From: an uncultured Gammaproteobacteria bacterium
GTDB lineage: Bacteria > Patescibacteriota > Patescibacteriia > JACRDY01
Direction of reading: 5' to 3'
DNA: 34,726 nucleotides
Assembly: GCA_964523165.1 (NCBI GenBank)
Contig: CAZFXZ010000003.1
Location: 1-34,726, forward strand
Below the pieces are notes generated by a model, which was given only the letters and a program-made list of their open reading frames with translations, was not told the DNA's origin and did not search any database. Both the position numbers and the translations under genes were made by a program. The stretch's first letter is position 1. Every line of letters begins with the position of its first letter. This document shows positions 8,296 through 15,509 of this stretch, in pieces.

Positions 8296-9796
8296 TGATA
8301 TCGCGAAAACGGATGTATTCGATAAGACGCAAACCGCTCCAGCGACCGATTAAGAAATTGATCAAGATGGTTAGCAAGACCAGCTCGGGATAGCCCAACA
8401 ACAGCGTCCGAAAGATTTCCCAACTGGCAATGACATAACAAACTATCGACAAAGCCAAAGTTTCAACCGTCAGCTTGATAGCCGTCTGACTGCCTTGGTC
8501 GATTTGCGCGGCGATAAATTTTTCCGTCAAAACAACTAGTAATAAAATAGGGAAGATTGATAAGTTGGTAATTGTCGGTTGATCTAAAACGGTCCCGACA
8601 AAGAGCAAGAAGAAAATTACCAAACTGATAATTATCAAAACCAGGGCCATGCGAGGCATGTACAGCAAGCGAATGCGTTTGCCGGCTAAACGGGTAGCCG
8701 TACCAGCCGCCAAGATGATGACAAAAAACAACAAACCAAGCTGCAGGCCGGTAGCTAAAAATGACAAAGTGATAATGGTTGACGGATAAATACCAAAAGT
8801 TTTTAAGCCGATGATTTGACGAGCAAAGGCGATAATCGTGGCGATGACTGGTACGATCAAGATCAAAAATATGGTATTGAGAGCTACGCCCTGATTGACC
8901 ATATATTGGACGGCTTGCGACATGATGCCAAGTTTGCCAAAAAACGAATCACCGGCTTTGCTGTGCACGCCAATGATTTGATATTCCGAATCGGTGGTTT
9001 TTAGTTGATTGATCAGCTTGTCGGTGTCGGTGGTGCTGATCAAAGCATTGATGGCCGGCTCTTTAGCGACAATGACAAAGCGCGGTTTGAGTAAGTCAAA
9101 CAAGTTTTGCGCGATTTTGCGAGTCGCGGTTGGGCTTTGATCGCTGACGATCGCCAAGTTTTTGTTTTGCCAACCGTATTCGGCCGTGCTTTTTTGTGGA
9201 TCTTCAAGATTGGCCAAAACTTGGGCGGCTTCGACCAAAGCGTTTTGCCCGACCGTGCCAGCTGTCCAAGCGATGATCGATGAAGCCAGCTTGACGTTTT
9301 CTTTATTATCCCAAAACTGTTGGGCTAATTGTTTTTCGATGATATAGCCGGGCTGGTCGTCGAGGTTTGTAATATTTATTAGCAAAACATTTTGCGTATT
9401 AGCGTATTCACGCAAACTAGCCAGCTTATCTTGATTGATTGATTTGTCGGTCAAGAGTAAGACAATATCTTTTTCGACCGAGACAATAGTTTCGTCGGTA
9501 TTGAGATTTTGGCCGTCGCTGACTGTTAGTCGGACCTTGTAAGTACCGGGCGCGCGATAACTGTGGCTGACTTCCAAACCTTCGGCGCGATTGCCGTCAC
9601 CAAATTCCCAACGATAAGTCAGCGGTTTGTTTTGCTCGGTCGTCGAGTTGGCGGCCGAAAAAACGATTTGTCGATTAACTAAAACGTTACGATCGTCGCC
9701 GGCGTTGGCGGTGATAGTATTAAAATTTTGGGCGCCAACCAAACTGGGTAACAACAACCAAATTGTCAGAGTGACGGCTAGAAAAATTTTTTTCAT
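8261..9796 (-). CDS. Secreted PKD-domain protein with a C-terminal 7-TM module (the type usually fused to an inactive transglutaminase)
   Basis: Signal peptide MKKIFLAVTLTIWLLLPSLVGAQ. PKD motif YRWEFGDGNRAEG...HSYRAPGTYKVRLTVSDG. An unassigned region of ~190 aa follows, then about seven hydrophobic helices ending in GRWSGLRLIEYIRFRD. It overlaps the next gene's start by ~29-35 nt. Confidence 0.65.
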   Translation of the reverse strand: MKKIFLAVTLTIWLLLPSLVGAQNFNTITANAGDDRNVLVNRQIVFSAANSTTEQNKPLTYRWEFGDGNRAEGLEVSHSYRAPGTYKVRLTVSDGQNLNTDETIVSVEKDIVLLLTDKSINQDKLASLREYANTQNVLLINITNLDDQPGYIIEKQLAQQFWDNKENVKLASSIIAWTAGTVGQNALVEAAQVLANLEDPQKSTAEYGWQNKNLAIVSDQSPTATRKIAQNLFDLLKPRFVIVAKEPAINALISTTDTDKLINQLKTTDSEYQIIGVHSKAGDSFFGKLGIMSQAVQYMVNQGVALNTIFLILIVPVIATIIAFARQIIGLKTFGIYPSTIITLSFLATGLQLGLLFFVIILAAGTATRLAGKRIRLLYMPRMALVLIIISLVIFFLLFVGTVLDQPTITNLSIFPILLLVVLTEKFIAAQIDQGSQTAIKLTVETLALSIVCYVIASWEIFRTLLLGYPELVLLTILINFLIGRWSGLRLIEYIRFRDIIAHAKQTQPQQ

Positions 9797-9799
9797 ATT

Positions 9800-10288
9800 T
9801 TATTTATGAGGGATCAAAGCGGGACTATGAGCGCAAGTAATGGCGATGGCCAAAGCGTCGGCGGCGTCGTCGGGTTGCGGGATGGTTTGGAGTCGGAGAA
9901 GGGCGGCCACCATTTTTTGCACTTGTTTTTTGTCGGCCTGACCAAACGAAGTAATGGCTTGTTTGACCTGTAGGGGTGTGTATTCGCTGATCGGTAGTTT
10001 ATGACGTTGACCAAGAAGTAGTATCACGCCTCGAGCCTGACCGACGGCCAGAGCGGTTGTGACATTTTTGGCAAAAAATAATTCTTCAATGGCTAGTTTG
10101 TCGGGCTGATATTTTTTTATTAATTTTTCAAAATCATCAGCGATCGTCATGAGTCTTTGGGCCAAAGGTTGTTTGGCTGGCGTACTTATGACACCGTAAG
10201 CCACGGCCGTGATAGAGCTGGTGGTTTGTTTGATAACGCCCCAGCCGGTGGTGGCCACGCCCGGATCAATACCGATGATCGTGGGCAT
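9800..10288 (-). CDS. ruvC: Crossover junction endodeoxyribonuclease RuvC
   Basis: 162 aa. IIGIDPGVATTGWGVI at the N-terminus and a typical RuvC length and C-terminus (DAADALAIAITCA). Confidence 0.9.
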   Translation of the reverse strand: MPTIIGIDPGVATTGWGVIKQTTSSITAVAYGVISTPAKQPLAQRLMTIADDFEKLIKKYQPDKLAIEELFFAKNVTTALAVGQARGVILLLGQRHKLPISEYTPLQVKQAITSFGQADKKQVQKMVAALLRLQTIPQPDDAADALAIAITCAHSPALIPHK

Positions 10289-10297
10289 AATTAAATT

Positions 10298-11017
10298 TTA
10301 ATAGTTAACGTTGCAAAAAACTTCCGTCACGTCTTCGTCGTCAGACAGGGCCTCAACGATTTGCTTGATGATTTCCGTTGTCGGCTCGTCGAGATCGAGG
10401 GTTTCGTTGGCGATAAATTCCAAATTGTCTTGTTCGATTTTATAGCCGGCGTTTATCAGTCGATCTTTGACTTGATTAAGTTCTGATGGAGCGGTCATGA
10501 CAATAACGGTTTGATCTTCGACAATGACGTCTTGAGCTCCGGCTTCGATAGCTGCCAATTCGGCTTTGTCGGTGTCGGTAGTTTCAGCCAAAATGATCAG
10601 GCCGCGCTGACTAAACATCCAAGCCACGCTGTTGGGTCCGCCCAAGCTGCCACCATGGCGAGTAAAAATATGCTTGATTGACGCCACGGTCCGATTGCGA
10701 TTGTCCGTCAAAGTTTTGACATAAAAAGCGCTGCCGGCCGGACCAAAACCTTCATAGGCTATTTCTTCGATTTGTACGCCGTCGCTGTTTTCGCCCGTAC
10801 CGCGTTTGACGGCTCGATCGATGTTGTCTTTGGGCATGTTGGCCGCTCGGGCCTTGTCGATAGCCAAACGCAATTTAAAATTAGTATCAGGATCGCCACC
10901 CAATTCTTGAGCTGCCAAAGTGATAGCTTTGGCTAGTTTGGTAAAAGCGCTGGCGCGTTTGGCGTCAGCGGCAAATTTTTGGCGTTTAGTCGTCGCCCAC
11001 TTACTGTGTCCAGACAT
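10298..11017 (-). CDS. yebC: YebC/PmpR family DNA-binding transcriptional regulator
   Basis: 239 aa. MSGHSKWATTKRQKFAADAKRA is the family-defining N-terminus. The gene sits 9 nt upstream of ruvC. Confidence 0.9.
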   Translation of the reverse strand: MSGHSKWATTKRQKFAADAKRASAFTKLAKAITLAAQELGGDPDTNFKLRLAIDKARAANMPKDNIDRAVKRGTGENSDGVQIEEIAYEGFGPAGSAFYVKTLTDNRNRTVASIKHIFTRHGGSLGGPNSVAWMFSQRGLIILAETTDTDKAELAAIEAGAQDVIVEDQTVIVMTAPSELNQVKDRLINAGYKIEQDNLEFIANETLDLDEPTTEIIKQIVEALSDDEDVTEVFCNVNY

Positions 11018-11064
11018 AGATAATATGCCTATAGGCTAACAAAAATATGATCAAAAATCAAGAT

Positions 11065-11099
11065 GAAAAAAATAAAAAAGCGAGAAATGATTTTCTCGC
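11065..11099 (-). terminator. Intrinsic terminator after orphan 2
   Basis: The minus strand reads GCGAGAAA, loop ATCA, TTTCTCGC, then TTTTTTATTTTTTT. Confidence 0.7.
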
Positions 11100-11110
11100 G
11101 TTGAACGCTC

Positions 11111-11599
11111 TTATCCGCTGATAATGATATAGTTGCCTTGGCGGTTGTCCTGACGATGACGCCGCTTTTTCTCGTCAACCCGATCGTGCCAACGAGCCAT
11201 GGTATCGAAGCGGTCGCATCGTGCCACTTCCACGCCGAGTTCTTCGAGTCGCGTTGCGACTCTCCAAACTTCTTTGTGCCAGTCGTTGATCCACGGACCA
11301 CGACGATCCATGAAGTCTCGCATGGCTTCGACGTCGTCGGGCCGGTTTTGGACCAGCCAGCGGGCCCAAGCGGGGATGACCGCGTTGTAGAGCGTGTCGT
11401 ACTGTTGGTTTATTTCGGAGAAGCGATAGGCTTCCCAGAATTCCTCGGGCGACCGGGCTTTGGCCGCCGCTTCCTTGATCAGGCGACGATACTTTTTGCC
11501 GATCGGATATGTCGTCCAGTCAAACATGAGGATCATGTTGACGCGGCCGTTGATGATCCGATTGGCCTCGTCCCGGATTTCTGCAAATGTGCGTGACAT
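11111..11599 (-). CDS. Hypothetical protein (GC-rich orphan 2, Trp/Arg-rich)
   Basis: 162 aa. GGGGGAGGAG lies directly upstream of the ATG. It has its own terminator. The opposite-strand ORF 11138-11596 is a shadow. Confidence 0.6.
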   Translation of the reverse strand: MSRTFAEIRDEANRIINGRVNMILMFDWTTYPIGKKYRRLIKEAAAKARSPEEFWEAYRFSEINQQYDTLYNAVIPAWARWLVQNRPDDVEAMRDFMDRRGPWINDWHKEVWRVATRLEELGVEVARCDRFDTMARWHDRVDEKKRRHRQDNRQGNYIIISG

Positions 11600-11661
11600 C
11601 TCCTCCCCCTGCGTGATAATGGGTTTTTAAACCATTTGAAGATAAAAGTCAATAAACTTTT

Positions 11662-11703
11662 GATGAAATAAAAAAACGGGACGACTGATTTTGAAGCTCC
11701 CGT
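11662..11703 (-). terminator. Intrinsic terminator after orphan 3
   Basis: The minus strand reads ACGGGA, a 16-nt loop, TCCCGT, then TTTTTTTATTTC. Confidence 0.6.
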
Positions 11704-11708
11704 TGAGA

Positions 11709-12296
11709 TTATTTCTGTTGAACTGCCTGCGATTTGCGGGCCTTGGTCAGGCGCTGTCGTAGCTCATTGAGCTGGGGATGGTGGTCGGCGAGCTCGGCCG
11801 CCTGCACCGCCCTGGCGAGTCGCTTGGAGTCATCGTCGACCAGCCCGACGAGCTTGTCGATGACATCGCGATGGGCGCGCATCGCATTATACTGGACCTG
11901 GTACGAGGTGCACCAGGGGCAGACGTGGATGAAAACGCTCTCCCACTCCTGCCAGGTCGTCGCCCGCTTTTTCATCCCCTCGTAGACCTCGGGGAAGTAG
12001 TCGGCGCCACCTTCCATGGTCTGGCAGAGGCTCACCCAGTCCGCGAACGTCTTGGTCTGCCGAATGGCACGCCTGACGATCTTTTTCACCGCTCTCGTCA
12101 CTGGCCAGTGATAGTCGCGGATGTGGTCCCACTGGTAATACCGGTAGACGGCCAGGCACTGCTCAAGAGTGTCAGTGCGCGGCAGTACCTTCCTCATGGA
12201 GAACGAACGCTGTACGTCGAGAGAAGCGCTCTCTCGTCGGCCGATGGCGGCCGCCAGATCGGGGAACGCCTCCGCGAGCGTCAGGACTCTGTCCAT
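11709..12296 (-). CDS. Hypothetical protein (GC-rich orphan 3; contains CPWC)
   Basis: The track gives 11709-12308. The first ATG is part of ATGGAGGGTTCCATG, so GGAGGG acts as an SD box for the second ATG (complement of 12294-12296). The opposite-strand ORF 11778-12392 is a shadow. Confidence 0.6.
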   Translation of the reverse strand: MDRVLTLAEAFPDLAAAIGRRESASLDVQRSFSMRKVLPRTDTLEQCLAVYRYYQWDHIRDYHWPVTRAVKKIVRRAIRQTKTFADWVSLCQTMEGGADYFPEVYEGMKKRATTWQEWESVFIHVCPWCTSYQVQYNAMRAHRDVIDKLVGLVDDDSKRLARAVQAAELADHHPQLNELRQRLTKARKSQAVQQK

Positions 12297-12326
12297 GGAA
12301 CCCTCCATTGGTTAGGACGTCCTTTA

Positions 12327-12355
12327 CTTTTACTCCAGGATAACCCGCTCGTCAA
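12327..12355 (-). promoter_or_regulatory. Sigma70-type promoter for orphan 3
   Basis: The minus strand reads TTGACG (12355-12350), a 17-nt spacer, then TAAAAG (12332-12327). Confidence 0.5.
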
Positions 12356-12408
12356 GCAAGGCGGTCTTTACAGAAAACATTTTGACGTATAATCTAAAAG
12401 CACCACTT

Positions 12409-13608
12409 ATGCTAAAAATAAAAATCAAAAACTTTGCCCCGTTACGCCAGTCAGGGGAATGGCAAAAAAAATCTCGTCAGCTTGCGGCCCTTAAAGCGCC
12501 TGATTTTGTAACTCATCGGCCGGACTTTGCCAGACTCAAACAAGTCAATAAAAAGTTTAAAAACATTAAACAGATAATCGTCGTAGCTAACGGCGGATCG
12601 CGCAACACGACTTTGGCTTTGGTCAACAGCTTGTCGCATTTTTATCCCAAGGCCCCAAAATTTTTCTTTGTCTCTTCTGGTCAGCCCGATTATTTGGCAC
12701 AAATCAGTCGGCAGTGCCCAGCGGCCAACACTTTGATTTTTGCTGTCTCTAAATCGGGGACTAACATAAACTCGCTCGAGCCATTACTGTATTTTATTGC
12801 CAAAAAATATAGCCAGATCGTTGTCATAACACAAGATGATGGTAACCCGTTAGTAAATATTGCTCAAAATTATAATTTTCCTATTATTGTTCATCCGCCG
12901 ATCTCTGGACGATTTTCGGGTCGGACCAGCTCGACGTTAGCCCCGGCAAGTTGGTTGGGTTTGGACGTGGAAAAATTTAACAATGACGTCGTGGCGGCTT
13001 ACAAAAAATATCGCCAATCGGCTTTAACTGTCGCTCAATTTTTAGCCCAGCTCAACGCCGGCGGTTATTCAGAAATTTTTACCCCGATTTATTCGCAGTA
13101 TGTCAGTGGCTTTTTGCCTCTGCTTGTCCAATTGATTCACGAAAGTACTGGTCAGTTGGGTCGTGGCTTTACGATCTTTGGCGACGCTGGGCCGGAAACC
13201 CAACATCATACCAATCAGCGATTTTTTGGCGGGCAACAAAACGTCGTCGGGTTTTTTGTCCGACAATTAAATTTTGTTGATGATAAAAAGATCATGATCG
13301 CTAAAAATTTAAAAAATTTACCATATCGTGACGGCGTTTTGGGCCAGCTCGACGGTCGATCGTTGGCTGGTGGTTTGTCGGCCGACGTCGAGGCGGTCAT
13401 AAAAAATACTGAAGAAAATAAAATTCCTCACGTGGTCATTGATATCGACAAGTGGAACGTTGAATCAGCGGCTGAATTTTTAGCTTTTTGGCAACTCCTG
13501 ACTTATTATTTGGCTTTATTGCTAAATCTCGACCCTTTTGATCAGCCACAAGTTGAGCGGGCCAAAAAAATCAGCTGGCAGTATCGTTTAAGCCCTAGAC
13601 AAAAATAA
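12409..13608 (+). CDS. pgi: Glucose-6-phosphate isomerase-like SIS-domain protein
   Basis: VVANGGSRNT, AVSKSGTNINSLEP and ISGRFSGRTSSTLAPASWLG resemble the PGI signature regions. The track start at 12382 is a TTG that overlaps a TATAAT box (12388-12393), so ATG 12409 is preferred. Confidence 0.6.
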   Translation: MLKIKIKNFAPLRQSGEWQKKSRQLAALKAPDFVTHRPDFARLKQVNKKFKNIKQIIVVANGGSRNTTLALVNSLSHFYPKAPKFFFVSSGQPDYLAQISRQCPAANTLIFAVSKSGTNINSLEPLLYFIAKKYSQIVVITQDDGNPLVNIAQNYNFPIIVHPPISGRFSGRTSSTLAPASWLGLDVEKFNNDVVAAYKKYRQSALTVAQFLAQLNAGGYSEIFTPIYSQYVSGFLPLLVQLIHESTGQLGRGFTIFGDAGPETQHHTNQRFFGGQQNVVGFFVRQLNFVDDKKIMIAKNLKNLPYRDGVLGQLDGRSLAGGLSADVEAVIKNTEENKIPHVVIDIDKWNVESAAEFLAFWQLLTYYLALLLNLDPFDQPQVERAKKISWQYRLSPRQK

Positions 13609-13646
13609 TATTAACCGCTAGGCTAAAAATAACCGTTCATTGTTTT

Positions 13647-13704
13647 AGCCCTCACGGGCATTTTCTCTCCCATGCTTGGAGAAAAGCCGCGAGGGCTTTT
13701 ATAT
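13647..13704 (+). terminator. Long imperfect hairpin plus T-run after the pgi-like gene
   Basis: AGCCCTC...TTTTCTC pairs with GAGAAAA...GAGGGCT, followed by TTTTAT. Confidence 0.5.
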
Positions 13705-13733
13705 TTGACAAAGATAGGTAGGCCAATTAAAGT
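13705..13733 (+). promoter_or_regulatory. Sigma70-type promoter for orphan 4
   Basis: TTGACA (13705-13710), 17-nt spacer, TAAAGT (13728-13733). GGAGG then lies 5 nt before ATG 13755. Confidence 0.6.
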
Positions 13734-13754
13734 GACAACAACTCGGAGGTGGGC

Positions 13755-14150
13755 ATGAACAGATGTTCTTTGATCGTTACGGATAAAACCCTGACGAGCA
13801 TCTACAACCGACCGGATGGCAACACTACGACCGGCGCGTTGTTGGTCATCCATGCGGCTGACGCTTCGGCTGATCCGACGCTTTGGATCGGCCGGGTCGG
13901 CGACGAATGGCAATTCGAGATCTGTCTCAACGATCGTCGAACCCAACTGACCGGCCGGGTGCAGGGGTTTTTCACCGTCAAATTTCACGATGATGAAAAT
14001 CGCCGCGGTCTGCTGATCGAAGTCAGAAATTATGATCAGTTTTTGGGCCTGTTGCGGCTCAACTTGACCATGCGGCCGATGAAGATTGACTATCGGGAGT
14101 TGGCCGACAGCCACTGGTGTGTCAATCCGGCCGCGATCAGTCTGCATTAA
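13755..14150 (+). CDS. Hypothetical protein (GC-rich orphan 4, beta-rich)
   Basis: The track gives 13749 (GTG). ATG 13755 has better SD spacing. The 231-aa minus ORF 13623-14318 runs across the promoter and terminator and is Arg-rich, so I treat it as a shadow. Confidence 0.6.
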   Translation: MNRCSLIVTDKTLTSIYNRPDGNTTTGALLVIHAADASADPTLWIGRVGDEWQFEICLNDRRTQLTGRVQGFFTVKFHDDENRRGLLIEVRNYDQFLGLLRLNLTMRPMKIDYRELADSHWCVNPAAISLH

Positions 14151-14195
14151 TAGCGCGTTTACCCGACGTGCTTTTTTATTTGCTATACTGTTAAC

Positions 14196-15509
14196 ATGAT
14201 TGATAAAAAGCATCTCTTTATATTTGGCGCGACGATCTCCTTGATTTTGTGGGCGACGTTGTGGCTGTGGCAAAAGTTGGTGGTGGCCGTTGGCCAAGCC
14301 GCTTACTTGCCGCCGCAAGCGCCGGCTGTTAACAATCTATGGTTATTAATAATTTTTGCTCTGCTGGCGGCCTATGTGGCCAGTTATTACGTTGTAGGTC
14401 GACAAGTTAAATTGACGATCGGGGTGGCGACGCTCTCAGCCCTGATTTTACTGCTTATCCCACCGTTTTTGTCGGCTGATCTGTATTTGTATATTATTTA
14501 TCCCAAGATGGTTTTGTCGGGTTTCAATCCGTTTATTTTGCCGTTAGATAGCATGTCGGGCGATATATTTTTTAATTCTGGTTATGTCATTCAAGCTTGG
14601 CGGCCCTACGCCATGGCTTATGGTCCGGCTTGGTTGGTGTTGGCTTGGCCTTTTGTGGCCAGTCTGGCGAACAGTGTTGTAGTGGCGGTGCTGTCACTAA
14701 AAATCATGGCCGTGACATTTTTCGCCCTGACTGGTTATTTAATATATTTGATTGGCAAAAAATTATCGCCAGCCCAAATAGAGAAAAAACTTTTTTTGTA
14801 TTTGCTTTCGCCCTTTATATTATTGGAGGTGGTAATTCATGGCCACAATGATATCGTAGCAGTGTTTTTTGTTTTAGCGGCTTTGACTAGTTTGTTGTAC
14901 AAAAAACCTTTTTGGTCATTACCATTGTTGATGATGTCGGTGTTGGTAAAATATTCGACAATATTTTTGTGGCCAGTGCTGTTGGTTTATTTGTGGCGCA
15001 CGGCCGGCCGCCGCCTAGCTCTGGCCGGCGCTGTTTTGTCGGTCGTCGTAGCCGTGGTGTTGTTTGCGCCCTGGTGGGCCGGCCTAGAAACGTTTAGCGG
15101 GCTGAGTATCATGAGCCAACTACAAATTGTTCAGCGTTGGCCATGGTGGTGGTCGATGGTCGGTGGTTTTTCGGTTAATGTTTGGTGGTGGAGCAAGATA
15201 TTATTTTTGGTTGTTTATTTTTGGCTCTTAGCCAGACGCCTACCGCCAACAATAAACAACTTACTAGCCGACTTCCTGATTGTGATACTGTTGCCCTTTG
15301 TGACGTTTTTGGGCTACAGCCAGCCGTGGTATTTTATTTTGCCCATGGTGTTGTTGATTATAAATCCGATTGTTAATCATCGCTGGGTGTTTGTATTTAC
15401 GGCCGCGGCTCTGTTGTATAATTTTTTGCCTCTAGCATTGCTGACAACGATTTTAACTTTGTGGTGGTCGGGCGAAATACTGATAAAAAAATATTATGCC
15501 ACTCTTTAA
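14196..15509 (+). CDS. Polytopic membrane protein, GT-C-fold glycosyltransferase-like (DUF2029/GT87-like)
   Basis: 437 aa with more than 10 predicted TM helices. HGHNDIVAVFFVLAALTSLLYKKPFWS...VLVKYSTIFLWP resembles the mannosyltransferase-like DUF2029 core. TATACT (14184-14189) ends 6 nt before the ATG, so the mRNA may be leaderless. Confidence 0.55.
   Translation: MIDKKHLFIFGATISLILWATLWLWQKLVVAVGQAAYLPPQAPAVNNLWLLIIFALLAAYVASYYVVGRQVKLTIGVATLSALILLLIPPFLSADLYLYIIYPKMVLSGFNPFILPLDSMSGDIFFNSGYVIQAWRPYAMAYGPAWLVLAWPFVASLANSVVVAVLSLKIMAVTFFALTGYLIYLIGKKLSPAQIEKKLFLYLLSPFILLEVVIHGHNDIVAVFFVLAALTSLLYKKPFWSLPLLMMSVLVKYSTIFLWPVLLVYLWRTAGRRLALAGAVLSVVVAVVLFAPWWAGLETFSGLSIMSQLQIVQRWPWWWSMVGGFSVNVWWWSKILFLVVYFWLLARRLPPTINNLLADFLIVILLPFVTFLGYSQPWYFILPMVLLIINPIVNHRWVFVFTAAALLYNFLPLALLTTILTLWWSGEILIKKYYATL

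Noticed and set aside
11138-12392. Long antisense ORFs (11138-11596 +, 11778-12392 +, 11887-12159 -, 11175-11369 -) across orphans 2 and 3.
   Set aside because: These are shadow ORFs typical of high-GC sequence. They have no SD or promoter and they run through the terminators and promoters of the supported minus-strand genes.
13623-14318. The 231-aa minus-strand ORF covering orphan 4 and the start of the GT-C gene.
   Set aside because: It spans a terminator, a promoter and another gene's start. It is Arg-rich and low-complexity and has no SD box. The plus-strand 13755-14150 frame has the complete set of expression signals.
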